From: a virus | Direction: 5' to 3' (one strand) | Virus record (IMG/VR): IMGVR_UViG_3300036715_000153 | Location: 1 to 64,000 of that record | DNA: 64,000 nt | Shown: piece by piece, positions 31,319 through 39,154 of the stretch | Layout of the letters: each line of letters opens with the position of its first letter | Position numbering within the stretch: the stretch's first letter is position 1 | Notes under the pieces: model-generated | The model's input: the letters and a program-made list of their open reading frames with translations, nothing else | Database searches by the model: none | What the model was told of the DNA's origin: nothing | Position numbers and translations under genes: made by a program

Positions 31319-31999
31319 TTACTTTCTAGAGAGAGCCATAAATTCATTACGAACCGTGGGATTTGTTTTAAATAGTCCGCCGAGCTTAGACGTCACGGTA
31401 GAGCTATGTGTGTCTTCCACTCCACGCGCCTTAACACAGTAATGCACACCCGATACGATCACAGCAACGTTGTCTGTTTCAAGAATATAACACATCGCAT
31501 GGAAGATTTGCTCAGTCATACGCTCTTGAATTTGTGGACGCTGTGCGAAGAATTTAGCAATGCGATTCATCTTACTCAAACCCAATACCCGTTTATTAGG
31601 AATGTACGCAATCGTTGCCTTAGAGTCGATCGTCACTAAATGATGTTCGCAGCTAGAAATGCAAGTTACATCTTTCTCGACTACCATTTCATCATAATGC
31701 ATCTTATTATCTACTGCTGTACACTTTGGAAACAGATCGTAGTTTAGACCACGAAAGATTTCGTCTACGTACATCTTAGCTACTCGATTTGGGGTATCTA
31801 TCAGAGAGTCGTCGGTCATATCAAGACCAAGCGCTGTCATGATATCTTTAACCGAAGATTTAATAATAGCGCGTTTAGATTCTGCAGACTCGTTTACTAG
31901 ATCTGTCAGGGGAGTTTCTACTCCCTTCGATACTAAGTATTCGTGAATTTGTTTTCCAAGTTTAGGATCGCTTTTGTGTGCCATGTGAATGTTCCTCAT
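31319..31999 (-). CDS. folE: GTP cyclohydrolase I
   Basis: DTPNRVAKMY, SSCEHH, GLSKMNR, RPQIQER, HYCVKARG. Confidence 0.96.
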   Translation of the reverse strand: MRNIHMAHKSDPKLGKQIHEYLVSKGVETPLTDLVNESAESKRAIIKSSVKDIMTALGLDMTDDSLIDTPNRVAKMYVDEIFRGLNYDLFPKCTAVDNKMHYDEMVVEKDVTCISSCEHHLVTIDSKATIAYIPNKRVLGLSKMNRIAKFFAQRPQIQERMTEQIFHAMCYILETDNVAVIVSGVHYCVKARGVEDTHSSTVTSKLGGLFKTNPTVRNEFMALSRK

Positions 32000-32034
32000 T
32001 TAAAATATAATTATAACGTACATCTCAGTAGACA

Positions 32035-32607
32035 TCAACCGTAATATCTAGCAATAGACTTTGGTGTTTCTGACCACTCAATACATGTAACCTTAACATG
32101 ATTAAATTGACTCATCTTAGCAGCTACGATATCGTAAATCCATTTAGCAAGGTTCTCTGAAGTTGGAACGAAGTCTACGATAGTGAAACCTTCGAGCGTT
32201 TCGTATTCTGACGTGTCTGCCGGAACGTGATCCATATTAACCGAATGCCCAACAACTTTACACATATCTACAAATATAGGTTCAAACTTAGGCTCTACGC
32301 CACACGCTACTTCATATACGCCAGTGACAAGTTGATCGAACATCGGATCGTGTCTGGCAATAATAAACTTATGATCCACGATATCGTCGATAAAGTCTTT
32401 TAACCATCCAATTTCTTTGAAGTCTACGACCATACCCCGACAGTCTACGTCATCTGACTCTAGATGAACTGTAATCTTACCCTCGTGACCGTGTAGATGT
32501 CTACACTTCTGTTTCGTGTCGCCCTTGGCACAGAAGTCTGTATTTAACGACTGAGTGAACACCCTATGTCCGTAACAGGCGGAAAAATCCTTACTAATCT
32601 TGTACAT
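32035..32607 (-). CDS. queD: 6-carboxy-5,6,7,8-tetrahydropterin synthase
   Basis: GHRV, CRHLHGH, GMVVDF, DHKF, PTSENLA, SETPKS. Confidence 0.93.
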   Translation of the reverse strand: MYKISKDFSACYGHRVFTQSLNTDFCAKGDTKQKCRHLHGHEGKITVHLESDDVDCRGMVVDFKEIGWLKDFIDDIVDHKFIIARHDPMFDQLVTGVYEVACGVEPKFEPIFVDMCKVVGHSVNMDHVPADTSEYETLEGFTIVDFVPTSENLAKWIYDIVAAKMSQFNHVKVTCIEWSETPKSIARYYG

Positions 32608-32647
32608 TTTTGCAATTCCTATATCGGTTTAAAATTTAACTAATCGA

Positions 32648-33529
32648 TCACGTATTCATGCCGTTTCCAAGCAAATGCGCGTGGAGTCGACCGCTTACGT
32701 GATACCCATTATTTAGAGCCCGATAAACGATCCGTTTCGTTTCATCGGTTTCTTGACTTTCCTTAGTCGCCCCCATCGGCATCACAAACACCATATGATT
32801 AGATAGTCCGCCGTATAGTTCCTCATACGTCTTAATTGCTGTATCGAGTTCTGCCCATGCTTTGTCGTTATTGTTCATAACGAACTTTAGATCGGCAGTG
32901 TACCCTAGATGAAGTAGTTTGTGAATTACCTCGTAGTCTACTCCAGCCGGTTCCCCAGATACATATTTCAATTTAGGTGATATATTAAAGCAGACAGCGA
33001 TTCCGAATTCTTCGCTTATAAAGTTGACATACTTAACAAATTCTTCTTTAGGTGCAATGCTGCCGTTCGTCTCAATTTGAATAACCGTCGGAAAGTCCCC
33101 TCTGTCCAACATCACCGTGATCGTAGCCATAATAGACCTTTGTTGCATCATGGGTTCGCCGCCAGTAAAACACAAGTGCGGTGACTGCTGAGTGACTGGA
33201 TGTGGCTTGAAAGTCTTATTAGGCAGCAACGAATAGATCTTATCTGCTAACGTTTCTTCGGTGTAGTCTGTTGCAAGATGTTTATACTTAGCACTAACGC
33301 TGTAGTCGCTGTCGCATCCGTAATCTAGTACAGGTAAGTCTTCCATTTTACTGTACTGAGAAACATCGATATGGCGAATAACATACGTATCTGGTAATTC
33401 TGGGGACGCTTGCCCGAAACCCTTACATTGTTTGTTGCAGCCCATTACTCGGACCCAGACCGATGCAGTTCCGGTATATCTGCCTTCGCCTTGGAATGAA
33501 AAGAAAGTTTCACTTACACGTATCTTCAT
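32648..33529 (-). CDS. queE: 7-carboxy-7-deazaguanine synthase (radical SAM)
   Basis: SETFFSFQGEG, GCNKQC...GCDS, FTGGEP, IETNG, ISPKL, RLH. Confidence 0.93.
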   Translation of the reverse strand: MKIRVSETFFSFQGEGRYTGTASVWVRVMGCNKQCKGFGQASPELPDTYVIRHIDVSQYSKMEDLPVLDYGCDSDYSVSAKYKHLATDYTEETLADKIYSLLPNKTFKPHPVTQQSPHLCFTGGEPMMQQRSIMATITVMLDRGDFPTVIQIETNGSIAPKEEFVKYVNFISEEFGIAVCFNISPKLKYVSGEPAGVDYEVIHKLLHLGYTADLKFVMNNNDKAWAELDTAIKTYEELYGGLSNHMVFVMPMGATKESQETDETKRIVYRALNNGYHVSGRLHAHLLGNGMNT

Positions 33530-33585
33530 GTGACTGCCTTATTAATTAATTAAAATGGTATTGTAACATGTATTTTGGCATTAGT

Positions 33586-34026
33586 CTACACAGACCACGG
33601 AAACATAATCCAGTCTGCACAATTCTCCCTACGAACAAACTTCTTAAAGTAGTCTGGCATGTAAACATCAGAAGCAGTAGACTTATGAACTAGCGTTGCA
33701 AACTTTGTATCTTGTGGTAGCAACTCTGATAGTTCCCGTAGCGTGTGTCCGGAATCTGTTAGATCATCAACAACAAGCAATCCGCCTTCTGTGTATGAAG
33801 GAACGATGTTATCGTGATCCCGATTATCTCCATTCCCGCATTTTGCAGAGTATGAGATTAGTTCTAGTGGTAGACCTAGTTTTGCAGCGACGAGTGCTGC
33901 TGGGATCGTTCCACCAGATGCTACACCAATTACTTTAGAAAACGAACAACCGTCTTCCTTCGATAGAGCAACGATATGGTCAACACACGCTTCTACTTCC
34001 GCCCACGTCATATAAGTTTTTTTCAT
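33586..34026 (-). CDS. purine phosphoribosyltransferase (Gpt-like)
   Basis: GVASGG, LVVDDLTDSGHTL PRPP-binding motif, WIMFPW. Confidence 0.88.
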   Translation of the reverse strand: MKKTYMTWAEVEACVDHIVALSKEDGCSFSKVIGVASGGTIPAALVAAKLGLPLELISYSAKCGNGDNRDHDNIVPSYTEGGLLVVDDLTDSGHTLRELSELLPQDTKFATLVHKSTASDVYMPDYFKKFVRRENCADWIMFPWSV

Positions 34027-34889
34027 AGTTCATATACCTTATGTATCACATTTTTATAAATTTCATTGCCTTCGTTTTTGTAGCCAACTGCATTATTAAT
34101 CATCAAACATTGTTCAAAAAACTCTTCTCTCTGAAAATGAGAGTGACCGAAACACCAATGTGTTATGTTAGCGTTATCAAGTATAACATCACTTAGGTCG
34201 CTAGCGTAATAAGCATTCGCAGTATCTCCTTTATAGTAGGGATCGCCTACATGTTCAAGCGGAAGATGATGTGTAATAACAAATATCTTCTTGTCTTGAT
34301 TGTTACGTGCGACGTGGTCGATATACTGTCTGTGCTTCTTGTGAGTATCGCACCACTTATCAGCAGTAAACCTCTCAAAGAATTTACCTTGTATATCGTA
34401 TGCTATATTTCCATCCTGAAACATTACATTACGAAGGTCCATCTTAGCACTCGGGGAACCCTTAAACATGTCAGTCCATAGAGTACAACCAACAAAGATA
34501 TAATCCTCATGTTCCCATGTGGTCATATCTAATACTAGCACGTTATCGTAACCAAAGTCTTGAAGCATAGCATTACACTTGTCTGCTCCGTTCATAATGG
34601 TTATAGCTTGATTTGTGTTCCAGTAGCAATGATTTCCTAGTACCACAAGGACTTGCTTAAATCTTGGCGCAACTTTACCAATCCACGAATGACCAGCATA
34701 TTCAATCCATTTTGTATCAGTCCATAGATCACCTGCTAAAATTAAGATGGTGTCTTTATCGTCTGGTAAATCTTTTGGATACCAGAACGGATCGAAATCA
34801 TCTGGTTTAGTTGGATCGTATATACGAGTTTGATGCATCTCACGTGCATAGCCATCTAAGTGCAAATCGCTGTAGCATCTAACCTTCAT
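34023..34889 (-). CDS. calcineurin-like metallophosphoesterase
   Basis: SDLHLD, LAGDL, LGNH, ITHHLP, FGHSH; start moved to 34889 because the track start overlaps a tRNA. Confidence 0.85.
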   Translation of the reverse strand: MKVRCYSDLHLDGYAREMHQTRIYDPTKPDDFDPFWYPKDLPDDKDTILILAGDLWTDTKWIEYAGHSWIGKVAPRFKQVLVVLGNHCYWNTNQAITIMNGADKCNAMLQDFGYDNVLVLDMTTWEHEDYIFVGCTLWTDMFKGSPSAKMDLRNVMFQDGNIAYDIQGKFFERFTADKWCDTHKKHRQYIDHVARNNQDKKIFVITHHLPLEHVGDPYYKGDTANAYYASDLSDVILDNANITHWCFGHSHFQREEFFEQCLMINNAVGYKNEGNEIYKNVIHKVYEL

Positions 34890-34916
34890 AATATACTTTC
34901 TGCCAATAATTAAATA

Positions 34917-34992
34917 TGGACCCGAAGACAGGACTCGAACCTGCATAATGCCTGAGTAGAATTCAGGTGCCTTTCCATTAGGCTACCTCGGG
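34917..34992 (-). tRNA. tRNA-Arg(UCU)
   Basis: CCCGAGG/CTTCGGG acceptor, CCTGA-ATTCTAC-TCAGG, GTTCGAGT T-loop, CCA encoded. Confidence 0.8.
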
Positions 34993-35001
34993 GTGTTGTA
35001 G

Positions 35002-35090
35002 TGGTAGTCCAGACAGGATTCGAACCTGCAACGATCTTTCGATAATGAATTATGAGTTCACTGCCTCCGAACCAATAGGGCTTCTGGACT
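35002..35090 (-). tRNA. tRNA with CAU anticodon (Ile2/Met?) and long variable arm
   Basis: AGTCCAG/CTGGACT, GTGAA-CTCATAA-TTCAT, ATC-GAAA-GAT variable arm, GTTCGAATC, ACCA. Confidence 0.8.
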
Positions 35091-35199
35091 AATGTTCTGT
35101 TTTACTTACTTTAAAAAGTGTCAAGGTTAATGTTTGTGTATATTACAAATACAAATACAAGACCAATAAGTGCACCTACTACATATTCCATAAATTCGT

Positions 35200-35556
35200 T
35201 CATTTTAGTTCCTCAAATTTTGATGATACTTGATATGTCTTAAGAAACTGTTCTAATGTTGTATATTTCCATTTAGAACTACCAACAGCCCAATGAAATG
35301 GACTAGACTTAAAGATTTCATCTATATCTGTAGACCTGCCAATTGACCAACCTGTCCCGGTTTGCATAGGTTTATCTGTCTTATAATTTCCACTAAAATT
35401 AACACAACCTAAATCATATCCAAATGATATGACCTTAGCTCCTACATCATCGGTGAATATTCCATATGTACCTGACCCAGAGATAAATACACGATAACCT
35501 TTTGCCTTTATGTCGGCGGCTACTTCTGCAATGAATTTCTGTGTCGTGGTGGCCAT
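35200..35556 (-). CDS. hypothetical protein
   Basis: 118-aa ORF, AAGGAG SD. Confidence 0.6.
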   Translation of the reverse strand: MATTTQKFIAEVAADIKAKGYRVFISGSGTYGIFTDDVGAKVISFGYDLGCVNFSGNYKTDKPMQTGTGWSIGRSTDIDEIFKSSPFHWAVGSSKWKYTTLEQFLKTYQVSSKFEELK

Positions 35557-35566
35557 CCTATTCTCC

Positions 35567-35974
35567 TTAATGTAATATTCGGGTATTGGGGATGGGAGTT
35601 GAATCGAAATCCTCTACCTCTACCTCGTCTTCTTCAGACTCATCCATATATTCACGTAGGTCTATATCGTCGATAACTTTATCGGTTTCGCCATCTACTA
35701 CAGACACGATAGCACTGAATTTAGAAAACATGATAGAGAGAGCTTCGAATCCACGTTGTATAGCTTCATCGACTGTCAGCGTATTAATTTCTGTCACGAT
35801 AGTAATACCTCTCGTACCTCGTGCCGATTCATCACTCTCATCGAGAAAATATGTCATCGTAACATTGTACCACGTATTACCATCGCTAGTATATTTAAAA
35901 ATGTCCATCGCAACATTGTCTACAGTTGTGAACGTCCAGTTAGGTATGAATTTCTTAGTTTTCTTAGTTGTCAT
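35567..35974 (-). CDS. hypothetical acidic protein
   Basis: Probable start MTTKKTKK overlapping the end of the upstream gene. Confidence 0.55.
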   Translation of the reverse strand: MTTKKTKKFIPNWTFTTVDNVAMDIFKYTSDGNTWYNVTMTYFLDESDESARGTRGITIVTEINTLTVDEAIQRGFEALSIMFSKFSAIVSVVDGETDKVIDDIDLREYMDESEEDEVEVEDFDSTPIPNTRILH

Positions 35975-36398
35975 CTTCGTGGTCGTCTTCTTCGTAGTCG
36001 TCTTCTTCATAACAAGTTGATATTGTAATATCTAAATCATTACTTGTAAAGGTGTAAACTCCACCCACATACGTAACTGTAATAGGAGAGTCGGAATGTA
36101 CAGTCGTTCCAAGGTAAAACAGGTCACATTTAGACCCACCGAACAAGCCTTCTGGGATTATTCCGATACATCCCGAGTCTACAAAATATTTGAAGCCGTT
36201 AGATCCTGGATAAGAACCATCGCCGCATTCTGTTGAATGAATCCACATCTTGAGATTGTTAAGTTCCAACTCCCCTTCAACACATGCAGAATCTGTATCT
36301 GGGTCCATTAAGTCACAAACTTTGTCCCAGGTATCATGCATAATGTAACATGGGTCGCCTATCCAATATGTGCCTGAAGGTAATGTTGTTCTGTTCAT
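35964..36398 (-). CDS. hypothetical early protein
   Basis: YWIGDPCY, GDGSY, VDSGCIGI; AGGAG SD before MNRTT. Confidence 0.65.
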   Translation of the reverse strand: MNRTTLPSGTYWIGDPCYIMHDTWDKVCDLMDPDTDSACVEGELELNNLKMWIHSTECGDGSYPGSNGFKYFVDSGCIGIIPEGLFGGSKCDLFYLGTTVHSDSPITVTYVGGVYTFTSNDLDITISTCYEEDDYEEDDHEDDN

Positions 36399-36409
36399 TT
36401 TGTATTCTC

Positions 36410-36504
36410 CTGTTTCGTTTAAGTTCATGTAGTGATTATACAGTCTTATACGAATAAATCAACCTTTATTTGCAACTATTTGGAGTGGTTGTAAGTTGTT
36501 GATT
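36410..36504 (-). promoter_or_regulatory. early promoter cassette copy 5 with IHF-consensus site
   Basis: AATCAACAACTTA(36504-36492); TTGATT-N16-TATAAT-CACTACATGAACTTAAACGAAACAGGAG. Confidence 0.78.
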
Positions 36505-36515
36505 ATTAAAGTCGT

Positions 36516-36539
36516 AAAAAATCCCCATTTCTGGGGATT
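36516..36539 (-). terminator. intrinsic terminator after tmRNA
   Basis: AATCCCCA-GAAA-TGGGGATT-TTTT. Confidence 0.85.
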
Positions 36540-36820
36540 AGTGATTAGATTGGGTAATAAGGTTCTAATCGACCCCAAGCAGTTATTACGCTGCTAGTGC
36601 GTATGCGCCCATTGAGTCATTTGCGTTTAACAAATTGCTTGATTTACTGTCATCGCCTACAGTGTTGCATTCTTCGTTATCTCACGTCAGTCGATTCCAA
36701 TTCATCCCCATTATTAAGTATACTCGAAATCGCAACTCCCTGAGCCGTTTGCGTCTGGAATATACTTAATGGTGGAGATGGAGGCATCGAAGCCTCGTCC
36801 TGCATGCCTTCACTAAAAAT
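36540..36820 (-). ncRNA. ssrA: circularly permuted (two-piece) tmRNA
   Basis: 3' part GGACGAGGCTTCGATGCCTC-CATCTCC-ACCA (ends 36770) precedes 5' part GGGGATG-AATTGGAATCGAC (starts 36709); G3.U70; tag ANDSMGAYALAA** at 36624-36583. Upstream boundary uncertain. Confidence 0.92.
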
Positions 36821-37040
36821 GACGAGTCAAAGTCACAAGGACGAATGACTCGTGGGTACAACAATTCTGTCTACCATTAAGTCCTTACGAACCGACCGAG
36901 AAACCTCGATCCAGTATTGCTACAGGTCGTAGACACCTTTGATACCCGAGACTTCGGTCTCTGTTGCTTTCTTAATTTAGTTGAATCACTGTTGAATCTT
37001 GTTCGTTACCCCAGCGGATGCGAGTTGTTTCCATATCAAT

Positions 37041-37388
37041 TTAACGACCATGTGAATTTAGATCGGTAGCCGATATGACATCGATCTTATATATTTTACC
37101 TGTATCTTTTTCCATTGCTGCCTTTACATCCTTTTGCCATGAAAATAATTTCTCGTGCATAAGACTAGAGCATCCTTCCCAATCCTTGATACACGTATAA
37201 ACAGAGCCAGAATGATTGGTGATGATATATCTGTCGGTCTCTTCTGTATATGACATTATACCTGAACTGAGTCTCCACGAGTCTCCACTCAAATATCCGC
37301 CATAATAGCCTGAAAGAATTTTATCGGTGACTTCACCGTTATAATTCATTCGAACTATGACCCATCGATCTGGTTGGTAATCGTTCAT
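37041..37388 (-). CDS. conserved phage hypothetical protein
   Basis: YQPDRWV...GGYLSGDSWRLSSGI...HSGSVYTC. Confidence 0.7.
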   Translation of the reverse strand: MNDYQPDRWVIVRMNYNGEVTDKILSGYYGGYLSGDSWRLSSGIMSYTEETDRYIITNHSGSVYTCIKDWEGCSSLMHEKLFSWQKDVKAAMEKDTGKIYKIDVISATDLNSHGR

Positions 37389-38291
37389 ATTAACGCTTTC
37401 ATATTACTGTAACAACGGGCGACAATCTTTATCGAATTGTTCTTTTGTCATGACGAAATATTTAAGTTCCTTTACAATCTCTATCGGCAATTTGAATTCT
37501 TCATCTGTAGCAATCTCCGTATAGAATTTCGATATGTCGTTTTCTGTCGGGTGTGACTCTGTTCCGATGAAATGGTAAAAAGTTCTAGTCGATTCTTTAT
37601 CAATGAAAAAAGCGACATAATATAAAAACCCATTCAATTGGTTTAATCGATCTGGTTGATATTCATTCATAAAAGTCCTTTTAAACGGTGCATCAGTCTT
37701 TAGCTGTTACGCAGTCGACATCATCTACAACGTATATTAGGCCGTGTATATCAATGTGGTTCATGGTCTCAGTCTACTCATAATCTGGTCTTCAGCGCTT
37801 GATTCTCTCGGTATTTAAAAGATGGGAATGAATCTTCTAGTATTCTTCAAATACTTCGATAGACACTTTACTCATTATTTAACTTCCAAACACATACAAA
37901 AGTCACCATATCCACATGCCATATCAGTTCTACCAAAGAACTGCGAATAACCAGAATACCTTATAAATTCCATTATCTGAAAATATTCTCCTTGTTTAAT
38001 AGGATGTAAACATACTCTATCATATATTCTACAAATAATAACTGCAGTTCCTCCATGTGAAGCTACTGGACAAGTAGATGCATTGGCATAACTATTTGAT
38101 GCATTAGTGATTCCTGATATAGTTAGTAAAATTAAAATTAAAGTCATTTTATACATTTCATTTACTCCTTACGTTGTAGTCATGTTTAATATAGCCACCG
38201 ATGCAGACCCAGTATAGACTCTTCGAGGGACATGCTAGGTATATCCGATGCCGAGTCGATCGGACAGCTTCTCCTCGGCTCTAGTTAAAAC

Positions 38292-38381
38292 TGGTGGGCA
38301 AGGTTGGAGTCGCACCAACACTTTGTCTAGCAAACTACAGATTTACAGTCTGTGGCGACTTAGCTGATATTCACCTCGTAC
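38292..38381 (-). tRNA. tRNA-Tyr(GUA), degenerate acceptor/D arm (possible pseudogene)
   Basis: ACAGA-CTGTAAA-TCTGT, long variable arm, GTTGG/CCAAC, ACCA; two acceptor mismatches. Confidence 0.6.
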
Positions 38382-38401
38382 ACGTTCTTCTTGCAAGAAA
38401 T

Positions 38402-38465
38402 TGGCGGCTCCTGCCCCGCTCTATGTGGTTATGAGCCACATGTGCATCTTATACACTACCTCGCA
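38402..38465 (-). pseudogene. tRNA-Met(CAU)-like fragment lacking a T-arm
   Basis: GCGAGG-TA-GTGT..GCAC, TGTGG-CTCATAA-CCACA, ends CCA, no TTC loop. Confidence 0.5.
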
Positions 38466-38475
38466 ATTGTAAAAC

Positions 38476-38550
38476 TGGTCTCTCCTGTCAGAATCGGACT
38501 GACGATTTCTGCGTCCCAAACACAGCGACTTACCACTAGCCTAAAGAGAG
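38476..38550 (-). tRNA. tRNA-Pro(UGG)
   Basis: CTCTCTT/AGGAGAG, CTGTG-TTTGGGA-CGCAG, GTCAG/CTGAC, ACCA. Confidence 0.85.
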
Positions 38551-38560
38551 ATAAAACTTA

Positions 38561-38634
38561 AATCAACTATCTGGAATCGAACCAGTCTCGCACTAATAAG
38601 TTAGCCGCTCTGCCGATGAGCTATTAGTTGATTT
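38561..38634 (-). ncRNA. tRNA-like RNA with 4-nt anticodon loop, no CCA
   Basis: TAGCTC-ATCGGCA-GAGC D arm, GCTAA-CTTA-TTAGT, CTGG-TTCGATT-CCAG, AAATCAACTA/TAGTTGATTT. Confidence 0.55.
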
Positions 38635-38641
38635 ATAAAAA

Positions 38642-38717
38642 TGGCTCCCCAGCGTGGGCTCGAACCACGGACCTAACGATTAACAGTCGTTTGCTCTACC
38701 TACTGAGCTACTGAGGA
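38642..38717 (-). tRNA. tRNA-Asn(GUU)
   Basis: TCCTCAG/CTGGGGA, AACGA-CTGTTAA-TCGTT, GTTCGAG, GCCA. Confidence 0.93.
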
Positions 38718-38828
38718 ATTGTTTAATTTGTATGGCAGACACACGAACACTGTGTCCCTTAAACGCTATTATGATACAAAACTTGGTTTGACCTGTTGGC
38801 GTATCTGCTAACCAAAAGTCGAAATATC

Positions 38829-38915
38829 TGGTGCGAGAGACGGGGGTCGAACCCGTATGTCTTTACGGACGAGAGATTTTAAGTCTCTTGAGTATACCAA
38901 TTTCTCCACTCTCGC
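38829..38915 (-). tRNA. tRNA-Leu(UAA)
   Basis: GCGAGAG/CTCTCGC, AGAGA-CTTAAAA-TCTCT, variable arm, GTTCGAC, ACCA. Confidence 0.92.
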
Positions 38916-38943
38916 GTGTAATTAACTTTACATGTTGCCGAAT

Positions 38944-39056
38944 TGTTTAGTAAAACAGTATTATCGCCCTGATTCGAACAGGAAAGTCGATTAATCAACT
39001 GCGGTCCACGCTAGGAGAAGGCCTTCCCCTTTGCGATAACACTGTTTTACTAAACA
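38944..39056 (-). ncRNA. tRNA-like domain closed by ~24-bp stem
   Basis: TGTTTAGTAAAACAGT.TTATCGC inverted repeat enclosing CCTG-TTCGAAT-CAGG T-arm and three other hairpins. Confidence 0.55.
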
Positions 39057-39154
39057 CCCTCTCTCGAAGATGTAAGACTTAAATTATCAAAGAACGTTTA
39101 CTGTATCCCATTAACTGAGAATTCGACTTAATAGTTTAAAAGTCTGTGTTGCTC

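Noticed and set aside
34917-34992. Amber suppressor (CTA in the anticodon loop) or stop-codon recoding
   Set aside because: The 5-bp stem places TCT at positions 34-36; core genes are intact in the standard code and several end in TAG
35975-36010. KKTTT repeat N-terminus of the 147-aa track ORF
   Set aside because: Alternative-frame reading of the EEDD repeat tail of the upstream gene
3664-36428. Shared MNLNE N-termini as a protein family or leaderless peptide
   Set aside because: They come from the promoter cassette leader; in three other copies the same ATG stops early or is out of frame, and downstream SD+ATG starts exist. Leaderless initiation is not excluded.
36821-37020. RNase P RNA
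   Set aside because: Only superficial resemblance; conserved GAGGAAAGUCC and ACAGAA..CGGCUUA regions are absent
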